From: an uncultured bacterium
GTDB lineage: Bacteria; Patescibacteriota; Dojkabacteria; SC72
Length of the DNA stretch: 64,000 nt
Reading direction: 5' to 3'
NCBI GenBank assembly: GCA_903906305.1
Contig: CAIVJR010000005.1
Location: forward strand, 6,485-70,484
Shown here piece after piece: positions 1-9,471 of this stretch. The translations under genes and the position numbers were made by a program. Below the pieces are notes generated by a model. The model did no database searches and was not told the origin of the DNA. It was given only the letters and a program-made list of their open reading frames with translations. Within the stretch, counting starts at the first letter, position 1, and each line of letters starts with the position of its first letter.

Positions 1-120
1 GTAGAGTATACAGTAGATAATGGAAGAGTAAGTATTACTAAAATGAATAAAAACATTGATGATGTTTTATCGGAAGAGCAAGATTTACTAAATAAAGAGC
101 AAAACACATCTACAATATGA
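1..120 (+). CDS. 3' end of a gene truncated by the window edge (unknown product)
   Basis: Frame 1 open from base 1 (VEYTVDNGRV...NTSTI) to TGA at 118-120, followed by a terminator hairpin. Confidence 0.6.
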   Translation, partial: VEYTVDNGRVSITKMNKNIDDVLSEEQDLLNKEQNTSTI

Positions 121-176
121 ACTTAAGATCCAGTATCCAACACTCCTGGAGTTCAATCAAATAAAATCTGTTTATC

Positions 177-203
177 AAGACCCTCACACGAGGGTCTTTT
201 TAT
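177..203 (+). terminator. Rho-independent terminator between convergent genes
   Basis: AAGACCCTC-acac-GAGGGTCTT followed by T-rich tail. Confidence 0.8.
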
Positions 204-1541
204 TTACTTCAACGGATGATTCTTCCTTACTGTTTCCTCTGCAAACTTCTCACTAGCATGTACATACTTAGTAGTAGTATTTAAACTCTCGTGACCTAAC
301 AGAGCTTGTAAAGCCACAGGACTAGCACCTTGCTCAGCTAAATAAGTAGCAAAACCATGTCTGAGACTATGTGCAGAAGTAGGAATCTGAATACCAAGCT
401 TACGCCTGTATTCAGCAATCTTCTCTTGAAAATAGTTTGTAGAAATCCTCATATCTACTTTTCCATACCGACCACCAGAAAAAGGAATGAACAGAGCAGG
501 GGAGTCGAACTTTTCAAGGAACCCACTCTGCCTGTAACTCTCAACCAAAGAAATATATTTCCTATTCCCTTTATCAAATATCTCCAAATTCAATTCATCT
601 CCAGATGTTTCACGCTCGGTATTCACATCAGCCATTAACTTATCCAAAACTCCTGGTTGTTCCTCCGTATCCTTATTCGTAAACGCATACTTAAGCCTTA
701 CACTCAAATACTTATTCAACCAATCCAAACTTCTTTGTGTCAAATATACCGATCTTTCTTTTTTACCCTTACCAATAATATACATCTTACCCTCAACATT
801 AATATTCTCCAAATCCAAATTGATTAATTCGGATATACGCATACCACTAGCAAACAACATCTCCAACATACATCTATTACGTATCGCGACTCTCTCATCA
901 GACTCAAACTCCAATGGAGATTCAATGAGTGCTGTTAGGTCTTGTAATGATGCAACCTTCTTAACACGCTTCTCAGCCTTCATCATATCAACCGCATCTG
1001 CTGGTAATGGAATTTCTAAATCCCATTTAACTCTAAATTTCAAATATGATCTTACCGATGACAACATACGATTAATACTGTTAACATCCAAACCAGATTT
1101 TTTTCGAGCATTGGTATTCATAGGTCTTTCGAATATTCCAAGCGACCCATACACACGGTTGTACAAGCTCTCCAGGAAACTAACCTCAAATACTTCCTTC
1201 TTCACAGGTGTATTCATGGCTCCCATATCAGTATCGTGGCTTAAATCGTCGCTAGCGGCTTTAGCCCCGGATATTGCCTGTATACCGGCATTCTTGACGA
1301 ATTCCTTCCTTATTCTATCCAAATCCTTCAAATGTTCACCAGCTTTTAGGTATCCCTTGTACATGGAAATGTCTTTCTTAGATACATCCTTAAACTCAAC
1401 TCCGCGGAAATTAATAAAGACAGCAAATATACAAAGATCTCTGGCATAGTTATGGATGGTCAGAGGACTGTAATTACTGTTCTGTAGGTCCATCAAGAAG
1501 TCATCTTGATCTGGTAGCTTAGGGAATACTTTGTCTTTCAT
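204..1541 (-). CDS. XerC/XerD-like tyrosine recombinase with two large insertions
   Basis: SPLTIHNYARDL N-domain motif; catalytic GMRISE, GKGKKER, HSLRH, LLGH, TTTKY. Confidence 0.9.
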   Translation of the reverse strand: MKDKVFPKLPDQDDFLMDLQNSNYSPLTIHNYARDLCIFAVFINFRGVEFKDVSKKDISMYKGYLKAGEHLKDLDRIRKEFVKNAGIQAISGAKAASDDLSHDTDMGAMNTPVKKEVFEVSFLESLYNRVYGSLGIFERPMNTNARKKSGLDVNSINRMLSSVRSYLKFRVKWDLEIPLPADAVDMMKAEKRVKKVASLQDLTALIESPLEFESDERVAIRNRCMLEMLFASGMRISELINLDLENINVEGKMYIIGKGKKERSVYLTQRSLDWLNKYLSVRLKYAFTNKDTEEQPGVLDKLMADVNTERETSGDELNLEIFDKGNRKYISLVESYRQSGFLEKFDSPALFIPFSGGRYGKVDMRISTNYFQEKIAEYRRKLGIQIPTSAHSLRHGFATYLAEQGASPVALQALLGHESLNTTTKYVHASEKFAEETVRKNHPLK

Positions 1542-1578
1542 ATGTTTATGTTACTACAAAAATAATTTTTAACCAATC

Positions 1579-1981
1579 AGAGTAGGGGGCCAATTTTTTG
1601 ATTTTGAGAGATTATGTAGGAAGAATACGGAATGAGGAAGGAAAGAATAAAAATAAAATAAATATCATATTCAGAGAATCTTAGAAACTAATAAAAAGAG
1701 CTACACAAGAGGACTTTTCCAATTCTCAAGGTACAGGACAGCGTATAAGGGCGATTATACTCGGTCATTAATTCTTGAATTGTAACATATATTTCATCAG
1801 AGTAGAACCCTCTCTTCATATGTATACATTCATTGATAATTGAAGAATTCTTCAAACCCATACTCTATTGATAATTCTTTTTATTCGTGAGAAATGATTA
1901 GCAGAAGGTTATCCACAGTGATTACTATAGGATTGGTGAAACTATGGGCTTCGTGCAACTACAGGGCCTACCCCCTACTCT
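1579..1981. repeat. 11-bp inverted repeat bracketing the recombinase upstream region, plus a 12-bp direct repeat
   Basis: AGAGTAGGGGG 1579-1589 / CCCCCTACTCT 1971-1981; TCATATGTATAC at 1816-1827 and 1981-1992. Confidence 0.5.
1909..1917 (+). promoter_or_regulatory. Single consensus DnaA box
   Basis: TTATCCACA exact match in an intergenic region; isolated, so function is uncertain. Confidence 0.3.
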
Positions 1982-1998
1982 CATATGTATACCCTTAA

Positions 1999-2823
1999 TT
2001 AACTTGAAATCATATTTAGAATTATTACCGCAAAGAATGCTACAGATAAAAGAATCATAGAGAATATAAAACTAATAGAATTCTTCCTAAAGATCTGTTC
2101 TTGAGTAACCATGCTCACAGCGAAGTAGTATCCTAAGGCTGGAGCTATTGCTGTAAGTTCATGCGTACTACCAGTAAGAAATACCCCTAAGAAAAGAATC
2201 ATCGAAATCGCTGTTGTTAGCAAGGTCTTTCTCCACAACTCCCCCTCCTCCATTCCCATATTTACGTAATGGACTAATGGAACAACAATATATGTTACTA
2301 AGATCATTGGTAATACTATATATATTTGTAAGCTAGATGATAATATACTGAAAGTCAAAAAATATATCATTAGTAGAGAGATCAGATACGAAGAGGTTCT
2401 TCCTACTTGTACTAGTGGGAGTTTCTTAAAGAGATCAACATTGAAAACGTTTGCCATTAGGAAGGATATATATATACCAATGAATATTAATACTAGTAAA
2501 GCTATCAAGATTAGAGATTCATACAAACGTCCAAATTTTTGAAAGAAGAAAATCTCTACAAATACAACCTCCGATAGGACAAAGAGACTTGATTGAAAAA
2601 TATACAAAAGAGACTTAACTTTTATTTGAAAATTGAAAGCCCAAAGCAATCCAACAAACGCAACTACAAAATAGATTGCTCCATCTAAATATATTCTCCA
2701 TGTTGGAAGATCCGCTTGTCTCTGGAGTACTTTCGACAAGAAGATGGCCAAGGTTATAACTGCTGCTATAAATAATAGCTTTCCCCTTTTTTCACTATCT
2801 GTATTTATATCTGTTCTATCCAT
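1999..2823 (-). CDS. Multi-pass membrane protein of unknown function
   Basis: 274 aa, about 8-9 hydrophobic segments; start overlaps the ruvB stop. Confidence 0.75.
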   Translation of the reverse strand: MDRTDINTDSEKRGKLLFIAAVITLAIFLSKVLQRQADLPTWRIYLDGAIYFVVAFVGLLWAFNFQIKVKSLLYIFQSSLFVLSEVVFVEIFFFQKFGRLYESLILIALLVLIFIGIYISFLMANVFNVDLFKKLPLVQVGRTSSYLISLLMIYFLTFSILSSSLQIYIVLPMILVTYIVVPLVHYVNMGMEEGELWRKTLLTTAISMILFLGVFLTGSTHELTAIAPALGYYFAVSMVTQEQIFRKNSISFIFSMILLSVAFFAVIILNMISS

Positions 2824-3847
2824 TTAAATCTTCCAAATATTTTAATCCTTTTTGAGTGATTACTCTACCTCTGGATGTACGCTTTAAATAGCCGCATTTC
2901 ATTAGATATGGCTCATACACATCAGCAACAGTAGAAACATCTTCTGAGAGGGATGCTGCGAGCGTAGAAGCACCAACAGGTCCACCATTGAAGTTGTTAA
3001 GTATTGTATGAAGTATAAGTCGGTCAATATTCTCTAATCCATATTCATCTATATCAAGAAGTTTTAGAGTTTGATTAACTGCATCCATATTTATGGTTGT
3101 ATTTGAACTGTTCTCCATGTAGTCTCTAGTTCGCTTTAATAGTCTTAATCCTATTCTTGCTGTACCACGAGAGCAGTTGGAGAGTTTCTCCAAAGCTTCA
3201 TCCTCTATTCCAATCTTCCAAAGGTTAGCTGCACGCTTTAATATTGATCCCATATCTTCACTGGTAAAGAAATCTAATCTTTGAACCAATCCAAACCTAT
3301 CCCTCATTGGTGAGCTTATCTTTCCTATCTGTGTTGTAGCCCCTATTAATGTGAATGGTTCTAAGCTCAATCGGATAGTCTTAGCTGAGGGACCTTTTCC
3401 CATTACAATATCTAATACACCATCTTCCATAGCTGGGTAAAGAATTTCCTCAACTACTCTGGATAGCCTATGGATTTCATCAATGAAAAGGATATCATTT
3501 CGTTTTAATCCTGTAAGAATAGCTGCAAGGTCTCCTTGTCTTTCTATTGCAGGTCCGGAGGTTATTCTAATACTCCCCCCTATCTCATTAGCTATAGCCA
3601 TCGCAAAGGTTGTCTTTCCCAATCCTGGAGGACCATAGAACAAAATATGATCAACAACTTCCTTTCTTTTTTTTGCAGAGTCAATCATCATCTTTAGAGT
3701 TTTCTTTTCTTGCTCCCTTCCGATCATTTCATCTAGCTTAGATGGTCTAATCTTTTGCTCTTGCTCAAGAATATCTAAGACCTCTTTTTTAGGTGCAATC
3801 TTTTTTACAACAGGTTTCTTTTTTAATTCTGAACTGGATTGTATCAT
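2816..3847 (-). CDS. ruvB: Holliday junction branch migration helicase RuvB
   Basis: IRP, GPPGLGKTT, FIDEIHRL, LYPAMED, GATT, RDRFG, YEPYL motifs. Confidence 0.98.
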   Translation of the reverse strand: MIQSSSELKKKPVVKKIAPKKEVLDILEQEQKIRPSKLDEMIGREQEKKTLKMMIDSAKKRKEVVDHILFYGPPGLGKTTFAMAIANEIGGSIRITSGPAIERQGDLAAILTGLKRNDILFIDEIHRLSRVVEEILYPAMEDGVLDIVMGKGPSAKTIRLSLEPFTLIGATTQIGKISSPMRDRFGLVQRLDFFTSEDMGSILKRAANLWKIGIEDEALEKLSNCSRGTARIGLRLLKRTRDYMENSSNTTINMDAVNQTLKLLDIDEYGLENIDRLILHTILNNFNGGPVGASTLAASLSEDVSTVADVYEPYLMKCGYLKRTSRGRVITQKGLKYLEDLNG

Positions 3848-4428
3848 TACTCAGATAGTACTTTTTTAATTAATGTTTCTATTTCAATATCTTTGTTCTT
3901 CTTCATAATTTCTTCTCCTTTTTCTAGCTGAGAATTCAATGCTTCTCCTGTAAATCCTAATGCTTTGAGTGCATTTTTCAAATCTTTCATATCATCACTC
4001 TCTTTTGGAGTTTCTTTCTTGAAATCAATCTTCCCTCGTAGTTCCAATATGATCTTCTGGGCGCCCTTACTGCCTAACCCCGGGGTCTTACTTAATCCTG
4101 CATCATCACCATCAATAATCATATTTTCTACTTCCAGTTGTGAGTATGTTGAGAGGATAGCTAAAGCAACTTTTGGTCCTACACCGGATACGGTTAATAG
4201 CTTTTCAAAGAAATCTCGCTCTGATTCTGTTAAGAATCCAAAGAGGGTTTGTGCGTCTTCTCTTACATGGAATGATGTGTACAAAGCTACTGGAGAACCA
4301 TCGTTTACGATATTTATCTTCTTAGTAAGGAACACTCGATATCCTACTCCTGAAGCGGTTAATATATCTACAAATGAGTCTTTGCCTATGAATACTTTGA
4401 GTAGTTTTCCACTAATGTATGAAATCAT
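3847..4428 (-). CDS. ruvA: Holliday junction DNA-binding protein RuvA
   Basis: MISYISG, GVGY, HVRED..LFGF, VSGVGPK HhH motifs. Confidence 0.97.
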   Translation of the reverse strand: MISYISGKLLKVFIGKDSFVDILTASGVGYRVFLTKKINIVNDGSPVALYTSFHVREDAQTLFGFLTESERDFFEKLLTVSGVGPKVALAILSTYSQLEVENMIIDGDDAGLSKTPGLGSKGAQKIILELRGKIDFKKETPKESDDMKDLKNALKALGFTGEALNSQLEKGEEIMKKNKDIEIETLIKKVLSE

Positions 4429-4447
4429 ATATGTCCATTATACAGTA

Positions 4448-4933
4448 TTAGTATTGTTTCCTCGAGACCAATATTTCGGTAGCTATGGCTATGGCTAAGG
4501 CATCTGCAGCATCATCTGGTTTGGGTATTTCATCTAATTCACATATGGTTTTTACATTCTCTTGTACTTGTCTTTTGTCGGCTTTCCCATATCCGGTTAT
4601 GGCATCTTTTACTTGTAATGGTGTGAATTCTTCTAATGGTATGTTGTGTTGTTGCAGGGTTAGTAATACGACTCCCCTAGCCTCTCCCACTGTTATTGCT
4701 GTCTTGGCATTATTACAGAAGAGTAATGTTTCTACTCCGGCATATTCGGGTTTAAATTTAAGGATTAATTCGTTCAAATCTTTATATATTTCTTCTAATC
4801 TTTGGGATATGGTTAATGTCTTTGCAGTTAGGATAGCTCCATAGTCCACTGGATGTGGTTTATTATCTTCTCCAAAATCAATTATGGCCCATCCAGTTGT
4901 TGCTACTCCTGGATCTATTCCTAGTATTCTCAT
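4448..4933 (-). CDS. ruvC: Crossover junction endodeoxyribonuclease RuvC
   Basis: ILGIDPG, EARGV, TGYGKADK, PDDAADALA. Confidence 0.98.
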   Translation of the reverse strand: MRILGIDPGVATTGWAIIDFGEDNKPHPVDYGAILTAKTLTISQRLEEIYKDLNELILKFKPEYAGVETLLFCNNAKTAITVGEARGVVLLTLQQHNIPLEEFTPLQVKDAITGYGKADKRQVQENVKTICELDEIPKPDDAADALAIAIATEILVSRKQY

Positions 4934-4948
4934 GGGTATATTGTAGCA

Positions 4949-5401
4949 CTAAACCATCATATTCTTCAGCACATCTTTTGCATCGTTGAGACCTTTTGTT
5001 ACCTTATCTCTCTCACCAATAGAAAGAGGCATTTGATCCAGAACAATACACTCGACAGCAGTATACTTATTGAGAACTAATACAGGAATTGGGCTATCTG
5101 AATTTAACCCATCTCTTCCTTCTTGGCAATATAACTCAGTACACCAAAGGTTGTCTCGTACAGATTGATCTGCATAATCTCCCGCTACTAATGTTCTGTC
5201 ATAGTCTACCGGTTCCCTAAGATCAACTAAGATGAAACCCAATATATATCCTACATTTTCAAGTCTTACCAACCCTGCTAATTCAGGAACACAAAGATTT
5301 TCTTGAGGATTGAGCATCGCCGCTTTGAATATTTCGAGCATTCTTTCTCGTCTTACCCTATTTTCGGGTCTTTGCTCTTTCTCATCAACAAATGTGGCCA
5401 T
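4949..5401 (-). CDS. Hypothetical protein (probable distant paralog of 5436..5981)
   Basis: 150-aa ATG ORF filling the yebC-ruvC gap. Confidence 0.7.
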   Translation of the reverse strand: MATFVDEKEQRPENRVRRERMLEIFKAAMLNPQENLCVPELAGLVRLENVGYILGFILVDLREPVDYDRTLVAGDYADQSVRDNLWCTELYCQEGRDGLNSDSPIPVLVLNKYTAVECIVLDQMPLSIGERDKVTKGLNDAKDVLKNMMV

Positions 5402-5435
5402 ATATATTTAAATAATAAATTATATTTTGCGGTTT

Positions 5436-5981
5436 TTAATCAGGATAATTTTTATATTCGCCCGCTCGGAAAAATCCGGTATGATGTAGGGACGTATTCT
5501 TTGGTTTCAATATGCCATTCCAGTTGTCACTGGCTTTCCCATTTAAAATAATTAAATTTCTTTCTAATATTTCTGCTGAAATACGAGATGCAGAAACTGA
5601 AACGCAAGTAATATATATGCCAGAATCATGCATCAATACCAAAGGACGAGATGACAATCCGTTCTGTTCTCCTTTCACTGCAAATTCTCTTAACAATTTG
5701 TAATCGGGCATACCTTTGACAGGTTTACCAAACACTTGAACAGGATGTTTATACAAAGATGGAGTATACTCAGCAAACAATGTTATGTTCCCGTCTAGAA
5801 CTTGCTCTGCTCCAAAAATCCGCCCAACTACACCCTCTGTCTTAGATCGAAGGTTTATCTCTAATTCATCTGCTGTAGTGCATTCTTCAGGAAGCCACTT
5901 TGTTAAAATCTCCTGTGTGGAAGTAAAAATATGTTGCTCATATTTAGAATCTAAAAATTCGCTTTCTCCTGGTAAAGACAT
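5436..5981 (-). CDS. Hypothetical protein (probable distant paralog of 4949..5401)
   Basis: 181-aa ATG ORF; palindrome TAGTACTG-gg-CAGTACTA upstream at 6001-6018. Confidence 0.7.
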   Translation of the reverse strand: MSLPGESEFLDSKYEQHIFTSTQEILTKWLPEECTTADELEINLRSKTEGVVGRIFGAEQVLDGNITLFAEYTPSLYKHPVQVFGKPVKGMPDYKLLREFAVKGEQNGLSSRPLVLMHDSGIYITCVSVSASRISAEILERNLIILNGKASDNWNGILKPKNTSLHHTGFFRAGEYKNYPD

Positions 5982-6038
5982 ACATCTACAGTAATAAAAT
6001 TAGTACTGGGCAGTACTATCTTATATATAAACTATATA

Positions 6039-6821
6039 CTAGTAATCTAAGTCTGTCCATACATTCTGGACATCATCATATTCTTCTAATCTCTCTATAG
6101 CATTCTGTGCTTTTTCTAATTCCTCACCTTCTAATTTCTTGTATATCTTAGGTTCTTTAACAATCTCAGCTTCTTTTAATACAAAACCTAATTTACTAAT
6201 ACTATCTCTAACCTGTGCCAATTGATTATATTCTGTATATATTTCAAACCCCTTAACACCATCCATATCTATTTCTAGAATATCCAATATTCCAGGAATA
6301 TCCATAAGCATCATCATCACACCTTCAGATTCATCAGCGACAAATATATCCTCACCACCAAATTTCTCAGATTTTTGCATATGACCAGACTTAACAACAA
6401 TATATCCCTTAGTTTCAAAATTCCAATCAACGGCTCCCTCAGAACCAATATTTCCCCCTATTTGATCAAATATCTGTCTTAATTCAGCAACAGTTCTGTT
6501 CTTGTTATCACTAATAGTATCTACTATTAATTGAATACCGCCAGGGCCAAAACCCTCATAGGATGCTTCTTCAAACACTACTCCACTATCTCCACCACCG
6601 GCACCCTTCTCTATAGCTTTTTCTATTCTGTCCATAGGAAAACTAGCATCTCTGGCCTTATCAATATACAATCTCAAATTAGGATTCATATTTGGATCTC
6701 CCCCGCCCTGTCTAGCAGCATGAGTAATCTGAACGGAAAGTTTAGAGAATGCTTGACCTTTTTTAGCATCATTTAAAGCTTTCTTATGCTTAATCGTATC
6801 CCATTTGGAGTGTCCTGACAT
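6039..6821 (-). CDS. yebC: YebC/PmpR family protein
   Basis: MSGHSKW..IKHKK, GGDP..NP.LR, YEGFGPGG, DNKNRT, DDVQNVW. Confidence 0.96.
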   Translation of the reverse strand: MSGHSKWDTIKHKKALNDAKKGQAFSKLSVQITHAARQGGGDPNMNPNLRLYIDKARDASFPMDRIEKAIEKGAGGGDSGVVFEEASYEGFGPGGIQLIVDTISDNKNRTVAELRQIFDQIGGNIGSEGAVDWNFETKGYIVVKSGHMQKSEKFGGEDIFVADESEGVMMMLMDIPGILDILEIDMDGVKGFEIYTEYNQLAQVRDSISKLGFVLKEAEIVKEPKIYKKLEGEELEKAQNAIERLEEYDDVQNVWTDLDY

Positions 6822-6877
6822 ATTTATACAATCTATATGAATTTATTTGCTAAACCAATTTTATCACAAATATCCCC

Positions 6878-9430
6878 TTAAATCTTTACTGTATACTTCT
6901 TTTTCTCTTCCTCTTTCTTAGGCTCAACCTTGGGTTCTTCTTTCTTGACTTCTTCCTTTTTAGGTTCAATCCTGGGTTCTTCTCTTCTTTCAACCGGTTT
7001 ATGTTCTTCGTTATTCAAAGGTACTGACCTATTCCCCTTTTCACTGTATGTTTGATTACTCCATTTTTGGATTTTGTCTTCGATAACTTCCCTATCCATA
7101 CCATATTTCTCTCTCGATTTTTCAATGATCTCTTGTTTACAATCAAATTTCTGATACCTAACTGGTAATGATTTTGCACTAAATGGTATTGATGTCATAC
7201 CATCAATACAAAGCTTTACATACATAGCATGGGAATCTAAAGATACTAAGTCGTCTGAAGAAACCACAGGAGCAAATTCTTTTTCCAATATAGAAGCATC
7301 TGATTGACTCACCACAAATGAACCCAAAGTTCCTACATTACCAAAGATAGCCTGCCTTACTGTTAAAGGTAATTGATCGATGTATTGGTTAGTCATTGTA
7401 AGACTTAAGTGATATTTTCTAGCTTCTGAAAGTATCTTTGCAAAAGAATCTGTCGCAAAATTCTGGAATTCATCAACATACAAGAAGAAATCTTTTCTCT
7501 CTGATTCTGGCATATCGACTCTTTCCATCGCGGTAGCTTGCAATCTTGTAATGATCATTCCTCCTAAGAGTGCAGCAGTTTCCTCTCCTAATCTTCCTTG
7601 TGCAAGATTAACCAAAAGAATCTTTCGGTTATCCATTATCTCTCGCAAATCTATAGTTGATTTAACCTGTCCAATGATATTTCTAGTAACTGCAGAAGAT
7701 ATGAATCTTCCAACTTTGTTTTGAATAGGTGCTACTGCCTCTGCAAGTAATCTCGGATTCTGGGACATCTGAGCAAATTCTTCTGTCCAAAACTTGTAAA
7801 GAATTGGGTCATTTACCTGTTTCAATATGAACTTTCTGTAGCTATTGTCTATTAACATCCTAGTCACTGCTAGCAACGTAGTTCCTTGAGCTTCTAAAGC
7901 GGTAGCTATTGTATTAACAAGAATATATTGAAGTCTTGGTCCCCATGAATCACCAAATTGTTTTTTAAATACTTCTACTACCCCATCAGCTATCAAATCT
8001 CTCTGAGATTTATCCTTAAGTTCTAAAAGATTGAAGCCCACAGGATGGTCTACATCGGTAGGGTTAAAGTAAATTACATCATCTATACGATTGGGCGGAA
8101 TATGATCTAGAAGATCCTCTACAGTGTCTCCGTGAGGGTCTACAAAGCAGGCTCCATCTCCGGCCAATATGTCAGAAATGAACATATTCTTAAAGACTGT
8201 AGATTTACCCACACCGGTTTTACCTAAAAGATAGAAATGGCGTGCACGATCAGCTTTCTTTAAACCAAATTGCACCATAGCTCCTCTGTAGTCTGTTTCT
8301 CCAAAGATAGTTACATCACCGTCCTTTGCAGTTGGCATATTCATAGGTGGTTCAAGCTTTCGAGATCTACTCCATGCAATGTTTGGTGTTTCTACAGAGA
8401 TATTTGGTAAGTGATACAAAGAAGCTAGCTCTTCAATATTTAATATATCTGGTTCATCCGCATCCATATGTCTGATTACATATTCATCATATATTTCCTT
8501 CCCTGTTTTAGTAGGTTTAGAATGTATGAAGTTATTGAGATGTGCAGTAGTAAATTGTTTGAAACTTGCAGTGACATCTCGAAGAATTTGTTCGGATCTT
8601 TCTTGAGTTTCAGCTTTGGTAACCACACGAATCTTAACCTCAAAACCGAGTTTAAGCATTTTAGTTTCAATCTCTTTCAACTCTTCTTCCTGCCCTGGTT
8701 CAAGTTTAACAACCTCTTTTTTTGCAGGACTGGATTCACTTGTAGAAAGAGTATTTCCTAACTTTACCAATCCGCTGACAATTCGACTAAAGATAGTTTC
8801 TCCATTAATATTTTTGCCCTCTTTTATAGCGGTAATATATTTCTTTGAATCTTTTTGCCAAAAGTTTGAAACTGGTCTAATGACTATCTGTAACCATGCT
8901 TTCTCCCCCTTTGAGAGGTCAGACATAGCTCCCGTAATTGCTGCAAGTGGGTCTACTTCAAAATTTCTAAATGTCTTAATTGGGAATATGGAATCTTTCT
9001 CCATTTCAATCTCTCCGCATGTTACAAAGGTATCATCATTTCCGTTAGCTCGTGTGGCATAGTCTTCAACATAGCTAATATCCGCATTTGGATACTGAGC
9101 ATACATCTGTCCTTCTACAAACTTTGCGAGATGTTTTGGCGTAACAATGTAGAAACGAATACCATCGTCATCACTGGAGATAATTTCAAAACTGATAATG
9201 TCCTCCCCCCTTACCAAATCTCCTAGAATTCCATGTACTGAAGCAAACATCTGTTCTGCTGCTAATGCTGATTTGTCGTTTTCTCGAGGAACCAAAACTT
9301 GCAGTACCAAAGGACTTCTAATATCTTCAAAAACTGATTGTTCTACTTTGTTCGCTTTGCTTCCCCAAATCAATATAAAGGCAACAAAGGCCCCAGCAAA
9401 GATTAAAAGTATTAACATGGCTGCAATCAT
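6878..9430 (-). CDS. VirD4/TraG/TrwB-like (HerA/FtsK superfamily) membrane-anchored ATPase
   Basis: N-terminal TM; RHFYLLGKTGVGKS Walker A, DPHGD, WGPRL, LYVDEFQNF Walker B, LSEARKY. Confidence 0.9.
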   Translation of the reverse strand: MIAAMLILLIFAGAFVAFILIWGSKANKVEQSVFEDIRSPLVLQVLVPRENDKSALAAEQMFASVHGILGDLVRGEDIISFEIISSDDDGIRFYIVTPKHLAKFVEGQMYAQYPNADISYVEDYATRANGNDDTFVTCGEIEMEKDSIFPIKTFRNFEVDPLAAITGAMSDLSKGEKAWLQIVIRPVSNFWQKDSKKYITAIKEGKNINGETIFSRIVSGLVKLGNTLSTSESSPAKKEVVKLEPGQEEELKEIETKMLKLGFEVKIRVVTKAETQERSEQILRDVTASFKQFTTAHLNNFIHSKPTKTGKEIYDEYVIRHMDADEPDILNIEELASLYHLPNISVETPNIAWSRSRKLEPPMNMPTAKDGDVTIFGETDYRGAMVQFGLKKADRARHFYLLGKTGVGKSTVFKNMFISDILAGDGACFVDPHGDTVEDLLDHIPPNRIDDVIYFNPTDVDHPVGFNLLELKDKSQRDLIADGVVEVFKKQFGDSWGPRLQYILVNTIATALEAQGTTLLAVTRMLIDNSYRKFILKQVNDPILYKFWTEEFAQMSQNPRLLAEAVAPIQNKVGRFISSAVTRNIIGQVKSTIDLREIMDNRKILLVNLAQGRLGEETAALLGGMIITRLQATAMERVDMPESERKDFFLYVDEFQNFATDSFAKILSEARKYHLSLTMTNQYIDQLPLTVRQAIFGNVGTLGSFVVSQSDASILEKEFAPVVSSDDLVSLDSHAMYVKLCIDGMTSIPFSAKSLPVRYQKFDCKQEIIEKSREKYGMDREVIEDKIQKWSNQTYSEKGNRSVPLNNEEHKPVERREEPRIEPKKEEVKKEEPKVEPKKEEEKKKYTVKI

Positions 9431-9471
9431 ATGGAAATTTTAGAGGAAAACACGTATTTAAGCAAATATTT

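Noticed and set aside
1542-1998. Replication origin or dif site
   Set aside because: Only one perfect DnaA box, no dnaA/dnaN nearby, and no recognisable 28-bp dif consensus
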